Source: an uncultured Gemmatimonadaceae bacterium (GTDB lineage: Bacteria > Gemmatimonadota > Gemmatimonadetes > Gemmatimonadales > Gemmatimonadaceae). From it: 64,000 nt of DNA. The translations under genes and the position numbers were made by a program. Shown here piece after piece: positions 10,603-22,060 of this stretch (its first letter is position 1; the number at the start of each line of letters is the position of its first letter). Below the pieces are notes generated by a model. It did no database searches. It worked only from the letters and a program-made list of their open reading frames with translations, and had not been told where the DNA came from. The stretch is taken from the NCBI GenBank assembly GCA_963751275.1, contig CAVVTZ010000007.1, forward strand, positions 916,006 to 980,005, read 5' to 3'.

Positions 10603-12531
10603 TTGAATCGCATCGCCCGCTGTCTCGATCTGCTCGCGCCCGTTCTCACGGCCGTGATTCTCGCGAACACCGCCGCCGCGCAGGGTGCGCCGGCGGCCGA
10701 CACCACGCGCAAGCCGATCGAGGCGAAGAAGCCCGACTATTCGCCGTACCCCGATCAGAACTTCCCCACTCGCGTCTACTGGGGCGTCGCGCACGTGCAC
10801 ACCGGATTCTCCTTCGACGCTGGCATGTTCGGGATCACGCTCACGCCCGATGATCTCTTCCGCGTCGCCCGCGGCGGCACGGTGGTCATGGACAACGGCC
10901 AGACCTTCAAGATGGACCGGCCGCTGGATTGGGTGTCGGTCACGGATCACGCCGAGTACCTCGGCATCTCCGACCAGATCCGCAACGCCAGCCCCGAGCT
11001 GCTCGAGAACCCGCAGGGGAAGCGGTGGTACGAGATGTCGAAGACGAGCCCGGAAGAAGGGGTGAAGGCCGCGATCGAGGCCGTCGTCTCCATGCAGACG
11101 GGCAAGCCGGTGTTCAAGAGCGACAAGCTCGCCGCCGCGGCGTGGCTGCACGCGACCGCCGCCGCCGAGAAGTGGAACGAGCCGGGCGTCTTCACGGCGC
11201 TGCACGGCTTCGAGTGGACCTCCGCGCCGGGCGCGAACAACCTGCACCGCACGGTGATCTTCCGCGACAACGCGGACCGGGTGAACCAGATCCTTCCATT
11301 CTCGACGTTCGACAGTCCGGATCCGCTGGAGTTGTGGAAGTTCATGGACGGATACGAGAAGAAGACGGGCGGCCAGGTGCTCGCCATTCCGCACAACGGC
11401 AATTTGAGCAACGGCGCAATGTACTCGGCTTCGACGTTCGACGGGAAGCCGATGGACCTGGCATACGCCGAGATGCGTGCGGCGCATGAGCCGCTGTTCG
11501 AGGCGACGCAGATCAAGGGCGACGGCGAGACGACGCCGTATCTCTCGCCCACCAATGAGTTCGCGAACTTCGAGCGCTGGGACGTCAGTTTCGGAAGCAT
11601 GGAGAAGGCGAAGGACAGCGTGCTGAATGGCAATTACGTCCGGTCGGCGTTCCGACTGGGACTGGAACTCGAGAACAAGATCGGCGCCAACCCCTACAAG
11701 TCGGGCCTCATCGGCGGGAACGACGCGCATGTCGGCGTCGTTACGACGCGCGAGGATAATTTCTTTGGGGAGTTCGCCAATGGCCTGCCGTCGCCGGATC
11801 GGTGGAAGGCGCCGCTTGCCATGATCGACAACGATCCGAAAAAGGGACCGCTCGTCTCCGTGTGGAACGAATCCGCGTCGGGACTCGGCGGCGTGTGGGC
11901 GCGCGAGAACACGCGCGAAGCGATCTGGGATGCGCTCAAGCGGAAAGAGGTGTACGCGACCACGGGCGACCGGCCGGTGGTGCGCGTGTTCGCGGGATGG
12001 GACTTCAAGCCGTCGGACAAGAACCGTCCGGATTTCGCGGCGAACGGATACGCGCACGGCGTGCCGATGGGCGGGAATCTCTCGGCGGCGCCCGCGGGGA
12101 AGCGGCCCACGTTCCTGGTGCTCGCGTGGCGTGATCCCGATGGTCCGAACCTCGACCGCATTCAGGTGGTGAAGGGCTGGCTGGGCGCCGACGGCAAGAG
12201 TCACGAGCGCATCTTCGACATCGCCGTGTCCGGCAGCCGCACGATCGGCGCGGATGGGCGCTGCCGCACGCTGGTAGGCAGCACGGTGAACATTGCGGAC
12301 GCGAGCTACACGAACAGCATCGGCGCGCCAGCGCTCTCGGCGTACTGGAAGGATCCCACGTTCGTGGCATCGCAGCGCGCGTTCTACTATGTGCGCGTGA
12401 TCCAGATCCCGTCGCCGCGCTGGACGGCGTACGATCAGAAGCGCTTCGGGATCAAGATGCCGGCGTACGTGCCGATGACCGTCACCGACCGCGCGTACAC
12501 GTCGCCGATCTGGTATTCGCCGGCGAAGTGA
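10603..12531 (+). CDS. DUF3604 domain protein (PHP-like metallohydrolase)
   Basis: HVHTGFSFDA, VTDHAEY, NLHRTVIFRD, IPHNGNLSNG, YYVRVIQIPSPRW; AGGAG precedes TTG at 10603. Confidence 0.9.
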   Translation: MNRIARCLDLLAPVLTAVILANTAAAQGAPAADTTRKPIEAKKPDYSPYPDQNFPTRVYWGVAHVHTGFSFDAGMFGITLTPDDLFRVARGGTVVMDNGQTFKMDRPLDWVSVTDHAEYLGISDQIRNASPELLENPQGKRWYEMSKTSPEEGVKAAIEAVVSMQTGKPVFKSDKLAAAAWLHATAAAEKWNEPGVFTALHGFEWTSAPGANNLHRTVIFRDNADRVNQILPFSTFDSPDPLELWKFMDGYEKKTGGQVLAIPHNGNLSNGAMYSASTFDGKPMDLAYAEMRAAHEPLFEATQIKGDGETTPYLSPTNEFANFERWDVSFGSMEKAKDSVLNGNYVRSAFRLGLELENKIGANPYKSGLIGGNDAHVGVVTTREDNFFGEFANGLPSPDRWKAPLAMIDNDPKKGPLVSVWNESASGLGGVWARENTREAIWDALKRKEVYATTGDRPVVRVFAGWDFKPSDKNRPDFAANGYAHGVPMGGNLSAAPAGKRPTFLVLAWRDPDGPNLDRIQVVKGWLGADGKSHERIFDIAVSGSRTIGADGRCRTLVGSTVNIADASYTNSIGAPALSAYWKDPTFVASQRAFYYVRVIQIPSPRWTAYDQKRFGIKMPAYVPMTVTDRAYTSPIWYSPAK

Positions 12532-13391
12532 TGCGGCTGGCGGATGCAGCGAAGAAGATAGTTCGCGAGCCGCTGGTTCACTTCCTGCTGCTGGGGGCGG
12601 TGATCTTCGCCGTCTTCGGCTGGCGGAGCGGGCAGTTCGACAGCGGCTCCAAGACGATCGTGGTCACGCAGGGCCGGATCGCGAGCCTCGCGAACACCTT
12701 CTCCACGACATTCATGCGCGAACCGAGCCCGCAGGAGCTGGACGGGCTCGTGCGCGACTACGTGCGGGAGGAGGCGGCGGTGCGCGAGGCCACCGCCCTC
12801 GGCCTCGATCGCGACGACCAGATCGTGCGCCGGCGGTTGCGCCAGAAGCTCGACTTCGTGGCGCAGGGATTCACCGCGCCGCCGGAGCCGAGCGACAGCC
12901 AGCTGCAGGCGTATCTCACATCGCACCCGGAACAGTTCGCCACCGAGCGGCGATTCACCTTCCGGCAAGTGTATCTGGATCCATCGCGCCACGGCGCGGA
13001 GACGGCGCGCGACGCGGAGCGCGTGCGCGCCGAGCTGAGGAAGGAGGGCGCCAAGGCCGATCTGCGGCGGATCGGCGACGCGTCCGTGGTCGGCAACGAC
13101 TTCTCGAACGTGTCGTCGCAGGATGTGAAGTTCTCATTCGGCGACGCCTTCGCGACGGAGCTGGCCGGCGTCGCGCCCGGGCAGTGGGAGGGTCCGCTGC
13201 GGTCCACCTTCGGCGCGCACATCGTGTTCGTGTCCGCGCGCACGGAGGCCGGCACGCCGCCGCTCGCGAGGTGCACGACGCGGTGCGCCGCGAGTGGATG
13301 GCCGCGCAGCAGAAGGCGGCATCCGACGAGTTCTACGCGGCGCTCCTGCAACGCTACACCGTGGTGACGATTCGAGGGGACGACGCGGTGA
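12528..13391 (+). CDS. Peptidyl-prolyl isomerase (rotamase) family protein, frameshifted
   Basis: REPLVHFLLLG, LGLDRDDQIVRRRLRQK, WEGPLRSTFGAH; continues in another frame after ~13270. Confidence 0.8.
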
Positions 13392-14376
13392 AGCGCGCGC
13401 TCCTGCTGCTGGCGCTGCTCGCTCGGCGTTCGCGCCGCGCGCGAACGCGCACGAGATCCGGCCCGCGTATCTCGCGCTGCGGCAGACGGGGCCGGACACC
13501 TATGACGTGCTCTGGAAGGTGCCCGGCAACGGTGATCTCCGGCTTGGCATCTACGTGCGCTTGCCGGAAGGCACGACGAACGTGACCGAGCCCACGTGGG
13601 TGCTGGTGGACAACGCCTACGTGGAACGCTGGACAGTGCGGCGCGCGGGCGGGCTTACCGGCGAGACGATCCGCATCGACGGACTGAGTGCGATCGCGGT
13701 GGACGTGCTGGTGCGCGTCGAGCGGCTGGATGGTACCACGCAAGTGGAGCGGCTCACGCCGGCGTCGCCGTCATTCGTGATGCTGGCGAAGCCGGACCGG
13801 GTGCAAGTGGCGCGCAATTACCTCGCGCTCGGCGTCGAGCACATCCTCACGGGCTTCGACCATCTGCTGTTCCTGCTCGGTCTCTTGCTGTTGGTGCGCG
13901 GCCTGGTGCCGCTGCTCAAGACGATCACGGCGTTCACGGTCGCGCACAGCATCACGCTCACGCTCGCCGCATTGGGCGTCGTGCACGTGCCGCCGCCGCC
14001 GGTGGAGGCGACCATCGCACTGAGCATCGTGTTCGTCGGCGCGGAACTGGTGAAGCAGCAGCGCGGCATCGTGAGTTTGGCGCAGCAGTATCCGTGGGTG
14101 GTGGCCGGTGCGTTCGGCTTCCTGCACGGATTGGGATTCGCCGGCGCCCTCGCGCGCATGGGGCTCCCGCAGGGGGACATTCCGCTCGCGCTGTTCATGT
14201 TCAACGTGGGCGTGGAGATCGGCCAGTTGATGTTCGTCGCCGCGTTCCTCGTGCTCGCTCGCGCCGTGCGCCGGGTAGAGATCCGGTGGCCGAGCTGGAC
14301 GCGGCTCGTTCCGGGCTACGCGATCGGGAGCATCGCGGCGTTCTGGATGATCCAGCGGGTGGTAGGAGGATGGTGA
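13388..14376 (+). CDS. HupE/UreJ family membrane protein (frameshift near 5' end)
   Basis: AHEIRPAYL, LGVEHILTGFDHLLF, TAFTVAHSITL, FGFLHGLGFA, FNVGVEIGQ. Confidence 0.88.
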
Positions 14377-14386
14377 CGCGGGGACT

Positions 14387-15376
14387 CTAGCAGTCCGCGC
14401 CGCCGAGTACGCGCGCGAACACGTCGCGGTCCACATTGCCGCCGGAGATCACGATCCCCGCGCGCTTGCCGCGCATTGCGGGCGCTTCAGAAAGGAGTGC
14501 CGCGAGCGGCGCCGCGCCCGCGCCCTCCGCCACGTTGTGCGTGTCGCTGAACAACGCGCGCATGGCGTCGGCCACCTGGGCGTCGCTCACCTCGATCACG
14601 CGCGCGAGCTTGCCGCGCATCGCGGCGAGCGCGTCGGCTACCGGCGTGCGGCAGGCCATGCCGTCGGCGAGCACGGTGGTCACCGGCGCCGATTGCAGCG
14701 TGCCGCTCTCGATCGAGCGCGCGTAGGCGGGCGCCTGCGACGAGACGACGCCCACGATCTCGGTGCGCAGGCCGAGCGCATCGCGCGCCGCGATCATCCC
14801 GCAGATGCCCGACCCAAGTCCGATCGGCACGTACACCACATCGAGCGGCGGCGCACCACGAAGGAATTCGAGCGCGTACGTGCCCACGCCCTGTACCAGC
14901 CACGGGTGAAATGACGGGATACGGTACCATCCGCGTTCGCTGGCGAGCTTCTCCGCATGTTCGAGCGACGCCTGGAAATCATCGCCGCTCTCGATGAGCT
15001 CCACCCCGAGCGCGCGCATCGCGGCGTCCTTCTCCTTGCTGTTGCCGCGCGGGACCACGACGGCCGCCTTGATCCCGAAGCGCGCCGCCGCGAGCCCGAT
15101 CGATTGGCCGTGATTGCCGCGCGTGGCGGTGACCACGCCCGGCACGCTCACGCCGCTCGCGGCGAGCTCGTGGAAGAACACCAGCCCGCCGCGCACCTTG
15201 AACGCGCCCACCGGCGTGTGGTTCTCGTGCTTCACCCACACCTCGGTGCCCACGCGCTGGTCGAGGAGCGGCCAGCGCTGCTGCGGCGTGGCCGCGAGCA
15301 CCTCGTGCACGATGGCGCTCGCGCGCTCCAGCTCGGCGAGCGTGGGGAGGAGTCTCCCCGAGGCGACGCTGGTCAT
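14387..15376 (-). CDS. PLP-dependent threonine/serine dehydratase (no regulatory domain)
   Basis: KHENHTPVGAFKVRG, ATRGNHGQ, PIGLGSG, SGGNVD. Confidence 0.9.
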   Translation of the reverse strand: MTSVASGRLLPTLAELERASAIVHEVLAATPQQRWPLLDQRVGTEVWVKHENHTPVGAFKVRGGLVFFHELAASGVSVPGVVTATRGNHGQSIGLAAARFGIKAAVVVPRGNSKEKDAAMRALGVELIESGDDFQASLEHAEKLASERGWYRIPSFHPWLVQGVGTYALEFLRGAPPLDVVYVPIGLGSGICGMIAARDALGLRTEIVGVVSSQAPAYARSIESGTLQSAPVTTVLADGMACRTPVADALAAMRGKLARVIEVSDAQVADAMRALFSDTHNVAEGAGAAPLAALLSEAPAMRGKRAGIVISGGNVDRDVFARVLGGADC

Positions 15377-15423
15377 GCTTTGGATGTTAGCGATGGGCCA
15401 TGCGCCTTGACAGATTCGCGTCG

Positions 15424-15546
15424 AACCAAACTGCTTTTGACAGGATGACAGGATAGGAGCAGGATTGACAGGATGACAGCCTCGCGCGAGGCTGTCATCC
15501 TGTCAATCCCGCTCCTATCCTGTCATCCTGTCAAAGCAGTTTGGTT
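15424..15546. repeat. Gene-less palindromic element (CAGGAT family, copy A)
   Basis: Arms of 62 and 61 bp, no spacer, one substitution and one extra T; ends AACCAAACTGCTTT(T)GACAGGAT. Confidence 0.97.
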
Positions 15547-15611
15547 TGAACTGTCAGAACTCTAGGGGAACTGGGCTACCCGAAGGGTCCTTTCCATGGG
15601 AGGAGGATGCC

Positions 15612-16367
15612 ATGACCCAACCGAATCTCGACCGCCGCCAGTTCGTGAAATTCGGAACGCTCACCGGCGCGGGTGCGCTGCTGTTCGGATGCCGGCCTTC
15701 GCCGGAGCCGTGCCCCGCGCCGCCGGCCGCCGCGCCGCGCAAAGTCGTGACGCTCACCAAGGAGTGGCAGCAGGCGCTTACGCCGGAGGAGATCGTGGAC
15801 TTGGCGAAGGCGGGCAACCAGCGTTTCGTTAACGATGAACGGCAGGATCGGGATTATCACCATGATGTCTCCGCCACCGCCGCCGGCCAGCATCCCGCGG
15901 CGGTGATCCTCAGTTGCATCGATTCACGCGCGCCCGCTGAGATCATCCTCGATGCCGGGATCGGCGACATGTTCAACGCGCGGATCGCGGGGAACTTCGT
16001 GGACCGCGATCTCGCGGGGAGCATGGAGTTCGCGTGCGCCGTGGCCGGTGCCAAGGTGGTGATGGTCATGGGCCACACGAGCTGCGGTGCGATCAAGGGC
16101 GCCATCGACGGCGCGAAGCTCGGGAACCTCACGGCGCTCCTCGAAAAGCTCACACCGGCCGTGAACGCGGTGAAGAACTTCAATGGCGAGCGCACGGCGA
16201 AGAACCCCGACTTCGTGAACGCCGTCGCCACCGAGAACGTGAAGCTCACCCTCGCCGAGATCCGGAAGATCAGCCCCGTGCTCGCGGGACTCGAGAAGGA
16301 CAAGAAGATCCTGATGGTCGGCGCGATGTACCACGTTGAGACGGGGGCGGTGGAATTCCTCGGCTAG
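15612..16367 (+). CDS. Beta-class carbonic anhydrase with Tat signal
   Basis: AGGAGG RBS; DRRQFVK twin-arginine motif; CIDSR and HTSCG zinc ligands. Confidence 0.93.
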   Translation: MTQPNLDRRQFVKFGTLTGAGALLFGCRPSPEPCPAPPAAAPRKVVTLTKEWQQALTPEEIVDLAKAGNQRFVNDERQDRDYHHDVSATAAGQHPAAVILSCIDSRAPAEIILDAGIGDMFNARIAGNFVDRDLAGSMEFACAVAGAKVVMVMGHTSCGAIKGAIDGAKLGNLTALLEKLTPAVNAVKNFNGERTAKNPDFVNAVATENVKLTLAEIRKISPVLAGLEKDKKILMVGAMYHVETGAVEFLG

Positions 16368-16372
16368 CCAGC

Positions 16373-17200
16373 TTGCCGCGCGGTGATACCGATGGGAGAT
16401 TCGCATCCATGCGCTTCCGGTGCCGGAACAGGGCGATCAGGTGCGGATGCAAGAGCTACCGCGCGGCCGTCGCCGTCGGGGCGCTGGCAGGCGCTGCGTG
16501 GCTCCCGGCGCAGACGCCGGACTCGCAGGCGCCGAAACCGGCCGCGCCGGCATTGATCTACACGCCGGGAACGATCCAGTATCCGCAGGCCATGAAGCCC
16601 TGGTCCCACAAGATGGCGGCGGGCGTGAGCCTCATCTCGATGCCCGCCGCCATCGCACAGTCCGGCAGCACGATCCGCTGGCCGCTGTTCGTCTATGAGT
16701 ACACGCTCGGGTTGCCGGCCCACTTCACGCTCGCCACGAGCTTCTCGACTGAGATCGTCACGAACCACATCGAGGCGATGCCACGCTGGCAGTTCGCCAT
16801 CAGTGACCGGCTGCACGGGGATGTCGGCCTTGGCGTCGCCTATTGGTTCGGCCAGCTGACGGTCAACCGGTTCGATCAGCACATCCACGGATGGATGGCC
16901 TATCCGTATGTCGGGATCGGTTACGACTGGGGCAAGCTCGCGCTCTCCTTCCAGGCGACGGGCACCCACGTCCTGTCGCTCGACACCAAGTCCGGCGACC
17001 TCACCGCGAACTACTCCACGGACTGGTACAGCGGCACGTCGTACCGGTTGATCCTCGAGCAGCCGATGTTCGGCCACACCACGCTCGGGTTCGCGCTGCA
17101 GGCGAGCCGCATCAAGTTCTACTACCCGCAGTGGCCGCTCTTCCCGACGTTCGACCGCTACTTCTGGATCCCCGAAGCACAGTTCTACTTCACGCTATGA
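16373..17200 (+). CDS. Hypothetical outer-membrane beta-barrel-like protein (start uncertain)
   Basis: Alternating aromatic strands; ends QFYFTL; overlaps the next gene start (ATGA). Confidence 0.6.
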   Translation: MPRGDTDGRFASMRFRCRNRAIRCGCKSYRAAVAVGALAGAAWLPAQTPDSQAPKPAAPALIYTPGTIQYPQAMKPWSHKMAAGVSLISMPAAIAQSGSTIRWPLFVYEYTLGLPAHFTLATSFSTEIVTNHIEAMPRWQFAISDRLHGDVGLGVAYWFGQLTVNRFDQHIHGWMAYPYVGIGYDWGKLALSFQATGTHVLSLDTKSGDLTANYSTDWYSGTSYRLILEQPMFGHTTLGFALQASRIKFYYPQWPLFPTFDRYFWIPEAQFYFTL

Positions 17201-18441
17201 TGATCTGGCGCCGAGGGATCACCCTGTTCGCGCTTGGCGCGGCGCTTGCCGCGTGCACGGAGCAGTTCGCCGCGGTCGTGCCGCAGTGGCCCAACGGCGG
17301 GAACCTCGCGGGCACCCGCGCGCTCACCGCGGCCGAGAAGCGCTCGCTCGAGGGCGTGTACGTCGTGACCGAGGCCAACGGCCAATTCGGCGACACGCTC
17401 GTGCTCAAGTGGAACGGCGAGTACCTCAGCGTCTACGCCGGGGTCCGGACGGCGTACATGATCATGCAAGCCGGCGCCACGCTGGACAGCGCCACCGGCG
17501 ACAGCACGATCTTCGTGCAGGGATACTGGGGCTACATCAGCACGGCCGCCACCGGCCTCGCGCAGATGACCACGCCGCTCCACCCGCCCTCCGGCGCCGC
17601 ATTCACGGGCGCGTACGGCAACGGGAGCGGGCCCGCGACGAGCCTCATGGCGTTCCGGTTCCTGCGCCCGATCAGCCCCGCCGTGTTGTCGAAGACGTTC
17701 TACTTGATCAGCCACCACGGCTCCGGCGGCACGCCCGAGCTCTTGCCGCAATCTGAGAACACGGTGGAGATCGCGAAGATCATCGAGCGCTACGGCGCCA
17801 ACGGGATCGAGATCGACACGCGTCCCACCAAGGACAGCATCCCCGTGCTCTTCCACGACGGCTCGATGACGCCGCGTCTCACGCTCAAGGGATCGCTCGA
17901 AGGCCCGGTGGAGAACTACACCTTCGCGCAGCTCGAGCAGTATGTGAGGCTGCTGCACGGCGAGAAGATCCCCTCGCTCGCGGCCTTCCTCGACACGGTG
18001 ATCGTCGCCACGAACCTCGAATTCATCTACGTGGACATGAAATCCACGTCGGTCAACTTCGTCCCTCAGATCGTACAGGTGCAGGAGGCGGCGATCGCCA
18101 AGGCCGCCCTGCTGCACCGGAACGTGCACATCTACATCGCCATCACCACCGACGATCTCTTCAACAAGTTCATCGCCCTGCCCGGGTACCAGGACATCCC
18201 GACGATCTGCGAACTCAGCATCGACCAGCTCGAGCAGGCGAATTCGCAGGTCTGGTCGCCCCAATCGAACCAGCAGATACCGCAGAGCGACATTGACATG
18301 CTGCACGCGCAGGGCAAGCTCGCGATCACGTGGACCGTGGACGTGAGCGATTATCTGCGACAGTTCATCGAGCAGGGGCAGCTCGATGGAGTCCTCACGG
18401 ATTATCTGCCCTTGGCATCGTACTACTACTACAAGCAATAG
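17197..18441 (+). CDS. Glycerophosphodiester phosphodiesterase (GDPD) family lipoprotein
   Basis: Lipobox LAAC; HHG..ENT, GIEIDTRPTKD..VLFHD, WTVD, DGVLTDY. Confidence 0.85.
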   Translation: MMIWRRGITLFALGAALAACTEQFAAVVPQWPNGGNLAGTRALTAAEKRSLEGVYVVTEANGQFGDTLVLKWNGEYLSVYAGVRTAYMIMQAGATLDSATGDSTIFVQGYWGYISTAATGLAQMTTPLHPPSGAAFTGAYGNGSGPATSLMAFRFLRPISPAVLSKTFYLISHHGSGGTPELLPQSENTVEIAKIIERYGANGIEIDTRPTKDSIPVLFHDGSMTPRLTLKGSLEGPVENYTFAQLEQYVRLLHGEKIPSLAAFLDTVIVATNLEFIYVDMKSTSVNFVPQIVQVQEAAIAKAALLHRNVHIYIAITTDDLFNKFIALPGYQDIPTICELSIDQLEQANSQVWSPQSNQQIPQSDIDMLHAQGKLAITWTVDVSDYLRQFIEQGQLDGVLTDYLPLASYYYYKQ

Positions 18442-18442
18442 C

Positions 18443-19019
18443 GTGCGAGCGATCCGGTGGGCGGGAGCGGCGCTGGTGCTGGCCGTGGGCGCGGCGCACA
18501 GCCAGGACGTGCAGGCGAACAACACCACCACGCTCTTCGGCAACCTCGGTTACGAGTACAACGTCTCCGGCTTCACGCTCTCGCCGCCCGGCCTCGACCG
18601 GAGCGGACCCGTCGCGAGCGTGCGGATGATGTGGCATCCGGAATACCTCCTCAGTTTCGGCTGGGAGGCCGGGTACACGCGCCGCTTCTCCGTGAAGCAA
18701 TCCGGCGACTTATCGATCAACAGCACATTCGAGCGCGTACCCGGTGCTCTTCGTCCTCTCGATGTCGCCCCTGCGGCGACTGCTCATCAACGCCGGCGCC
18801 GGGCCGGTGATCTCCACCACGAGCGTCAGGGCGCTCGGCGTCACGGCCACGCAAAGCACCGGACTCCGCGCGGGATTCATGGCGTCGGCGGCCTATCTCT
18901 TCCCGGTCGCGCACCGCTGGGACATGGGCGCCGAATTCCGTTACCTGCGCGCCGAGCAGTACAACGACAATTTGTTGTCGTTGCAGCTCACTATGGCGTA
19001 CCGGCTGAGCGGGAAGTAG
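18443..19019 (+). CDS. Small outer-membrane beta-barrel protein, frameshifted
   Basis: Signal peptide from GTG 18443; C-terminal half in frame 18744..19019. Confidence 0.6.
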
Positions 19020-19142
19020 CCGCCACGCGGCGGCGCGGCTGCAACGCTGCGACAGGGCGCTTCGTAATTATCGGGCGGCGCTGGCGGCGGCCCACCGGGC
19101 GTCGTAGAATCCCGCTCGCCACTCAAAACGAGAGACTGCCTG

Positions 19143-21858
19143 ATGTCCACTCATAGTCCGTTCCGCATTCTCGCTCTTCTGCTGCTCGCTGCGCTCCCGC
19201 TCGCTGCGCAGAAGCCCGCCGCCAAGAAGGCGCCGGCGTCCGCGCCGACGGCCGACTCCACGCCGGACCCCATCTCGAAATTCGCCGAGAGCTTCTCCTA
19301 TCGCGGCATCGGACCCGCCGCGTACTCCGGGCGCGTCACGTCGATCGCCGTGCCCACGAGCACGGAACCGCGCCCCAAAACATTCTACATTGGCGCGGCC
19401 GGCGGCGGCGTCTGGAAAACAGTCAACGGCGGCATCACCTGGCACGCCTCCTCGTCCGGACTCGGCAGCGAGACGATCGGCGATCTCGCCGTCGCCCCCT
19501 CCGACAGCCAGATCCTCTGGGCCGGCACCGGCGAGAAGAACAGCCTGCGCTCGCAGTACTGGGGCGATGGCGTGTACAAGTCGGTGAATGGCGGCAAAGA
19601 GTGGAAGAAGATGGGGCTCGCCGATACCAAGAGCATCGGCCGCGTCATCATCCACCCCACCGGTCCCGACACGGTGTACGTCGCCGCGCTCGGCCATCTC
19701 TGGGGCCCCAACAATGAACGCGGCGTCTACAAGACCACCGACGGCGGCAAGAGCTGGACGCGCGTGCTCTTCGTGGATGACACGACGGGCTTCGTGGATC
19801 TCGCGATGGATCCGAGCGATCCCAACACGCTCTACGCCGCGGCGTGGCACCGGCTGCGCTGGGGCGGCGCGCACATGGAAGGTGTGGGCAAGGGCAGCGG
19901 CATCTACAAGACCACCGACGGCGGCAAGACGTGGATACGGCTCACCGATCCCAAGCTGAACAACGGACTCCCCACGGATCGCATGGGCCGCATCGGCCTC
20001 GCGGTCACGCCGCAGAACCCGAAGCTCGTGTACGCGATGATCGAAGTGGATCGCGGCATCACCAGCGCCACGCAGGGGCGCTTCGGCGGCGTCTTCCGCT
20101 CGAACGACGGCGGCGCTCACTGGACGCAGCTGAACGATCTGCAGGCCGAGCCGCACTACTATTATGATGCGATCTTCGTGGACCCCAACGATTCGCAGCA
20201 CGTGTTCGTGGCCACGAGCCCGCTGCTCGAGAGCAAGGATGGCGGCCACACCTTCGCGCCCGAGTCGTTGTTCAATGTGCACGTGGACAATCACGCGCTC
20301 TGGATCGATCCGCACGATCGCGGTCACCGCATCCTCGGCAACGACGGCGGCGCGTACGTCACGTACGACGCGGGCAAGGCGTGGTGGCACATGCCGCTGC
20401 CCATCGGCCAGTTCTATACCGTGATCGTGGACAGCTCGCTCGCGCCGTACCAGCTGTGCGGCGGGCTGCAGGACAACGGCGTGTGGTGCGGACCGAGCGC
20501 TGTGCGCGACTCGAGCGGCATCTCCGACGCCGATTGGTACCCGGTGAATGGCGGCGACGGGATGTGGGTGCAGGTGCCGCCGAACGATCCGTGGACCGTG
20601 TACTCGGGCTGGCAGTACGGGAACATCTCCAAGCTCGATCTCCGCACGTGGAAGCGCGACGACGTCGTGCCCGCATCCCTCGACGCCGGCGCCGAGAGCG
20701 GGTATGCGTACACCTGGGGCTGGACGACGCCCATCCTCATTTCCACGCACGATTCAGGCACGGTGTATCTCGGCGCCAACCGGCTCTTCCGCCTGAAGCA
20801 GGGCGGCAAGGATTGGGAGGCGCTCGGCCCCGACATGACCAAGACGCCGCGCGAGAAGCCGGCGCCCGAAGTGGGGAACACGAGCTATCACGCCATCTTC
20901 TCGATCGCGGAGAGTCCGAAGAATGCGGCGGTGCTGTGGACCGGCACCGACGACGGCAACATCTGGGTGTCGCGCGACACGGGCAAGACGTGGAGCAACA
21001 CGTCGAGCAAGCTTCCCAAGGGCGTGCCCACCGATTGCTTCGTGCAGTACATCGCCGCGTCGGCGCATGCCGATGGCGCCGCGTGGGTGGCGCTCGATTG
21101 TCATCATCGCGACGACTACCGGCCGCATATCTTGCGCACCACCGACTTCGGGGCGACGTGGACCGAGATGGTGAACGGCCTGCCCGTGGATCGCGGCAGC
21201 ATGATCGTGGTGGAGAGTCCGCGCAACCCGCGCGTGCTGTGGGCGGGCACGTCGGACGGCGTGTACATCACGCTCGACGGCGGGCAGAAGTGGCGGCGCT
21301 TCGGCAAGGACTTCCCGAAGGTGATGGTGGAGGCGATGGCGATCTCGGCGCGCACGCATGAGTTGGTTGTGGGAACGCACGGGCGCGGCATCTACATCGC
21401 CGGCATCGGACCTGCGGAGGAATACACGGATTCACTGCTCGCGTCGCCGGTGCACCTGTTCGACGTGGCGCCGGCGTACCAGTTCCGCTGGCATCACACT
21501 CGGGCGAGCGACGGCAGCGCGCCGTTCATGGCGCCGAACCCGCCGCGCGGCGCCGTGATCCACTACTATATAAAGGAGCCGCAGCCCGAAGGCGTGAAGC
21601 TGGTGATCACGTCGGCCGCGGGCGACACCGTGCGCACGATCACCGGGTCCGGCGTGCCGGGAATGCAGAGCGTCACGTGGGATCTGTCGAGTGCGCGACC
21701 GCGTCCGCGCGGACTGGGCGATCCCACGGACGCGATCGGAGTTGGTGCGCGTGCTGCCGGGTACGTACACCGTGCAGCTCACCCTCGGGAAGACGACGCT
21801 CGAACGCACGATCGTGGTGACCGAGCTGGGGCCGGACAAGTTGGGAAGGATCCGGTAA
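19143..21858 (+). CDS. VPS10/BNR (Asp-box) repeat secreted protein, frameshift near C-terminus
   Basis: RGIGPAAYSGRV, repeated xxDGGKxW boxes, GTHGRG, PNPPRGA; natural end LPGTYTVQL..IR* in shifted frame. Confidence 0.88.
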
Positions 21859-22060
21859 CCGTAGGCGCGCGTTTGGCCGTTGCGCCCCGCCTCAATGCGA
21901 TCGAGGCGGGGCGCGCTGTATTGCGACACTCGCGATTCCACTCCTTACAAGATGTAGGCGAATCCCCCGCAAGCACCGCAGGCGGGTGGGCTATTGTTCG
22001 CCGCCTGCTCTGCATTCGAGCGGCCTGATGCTCACTCTCGAACCTGGTTTGGAGGCGTAT

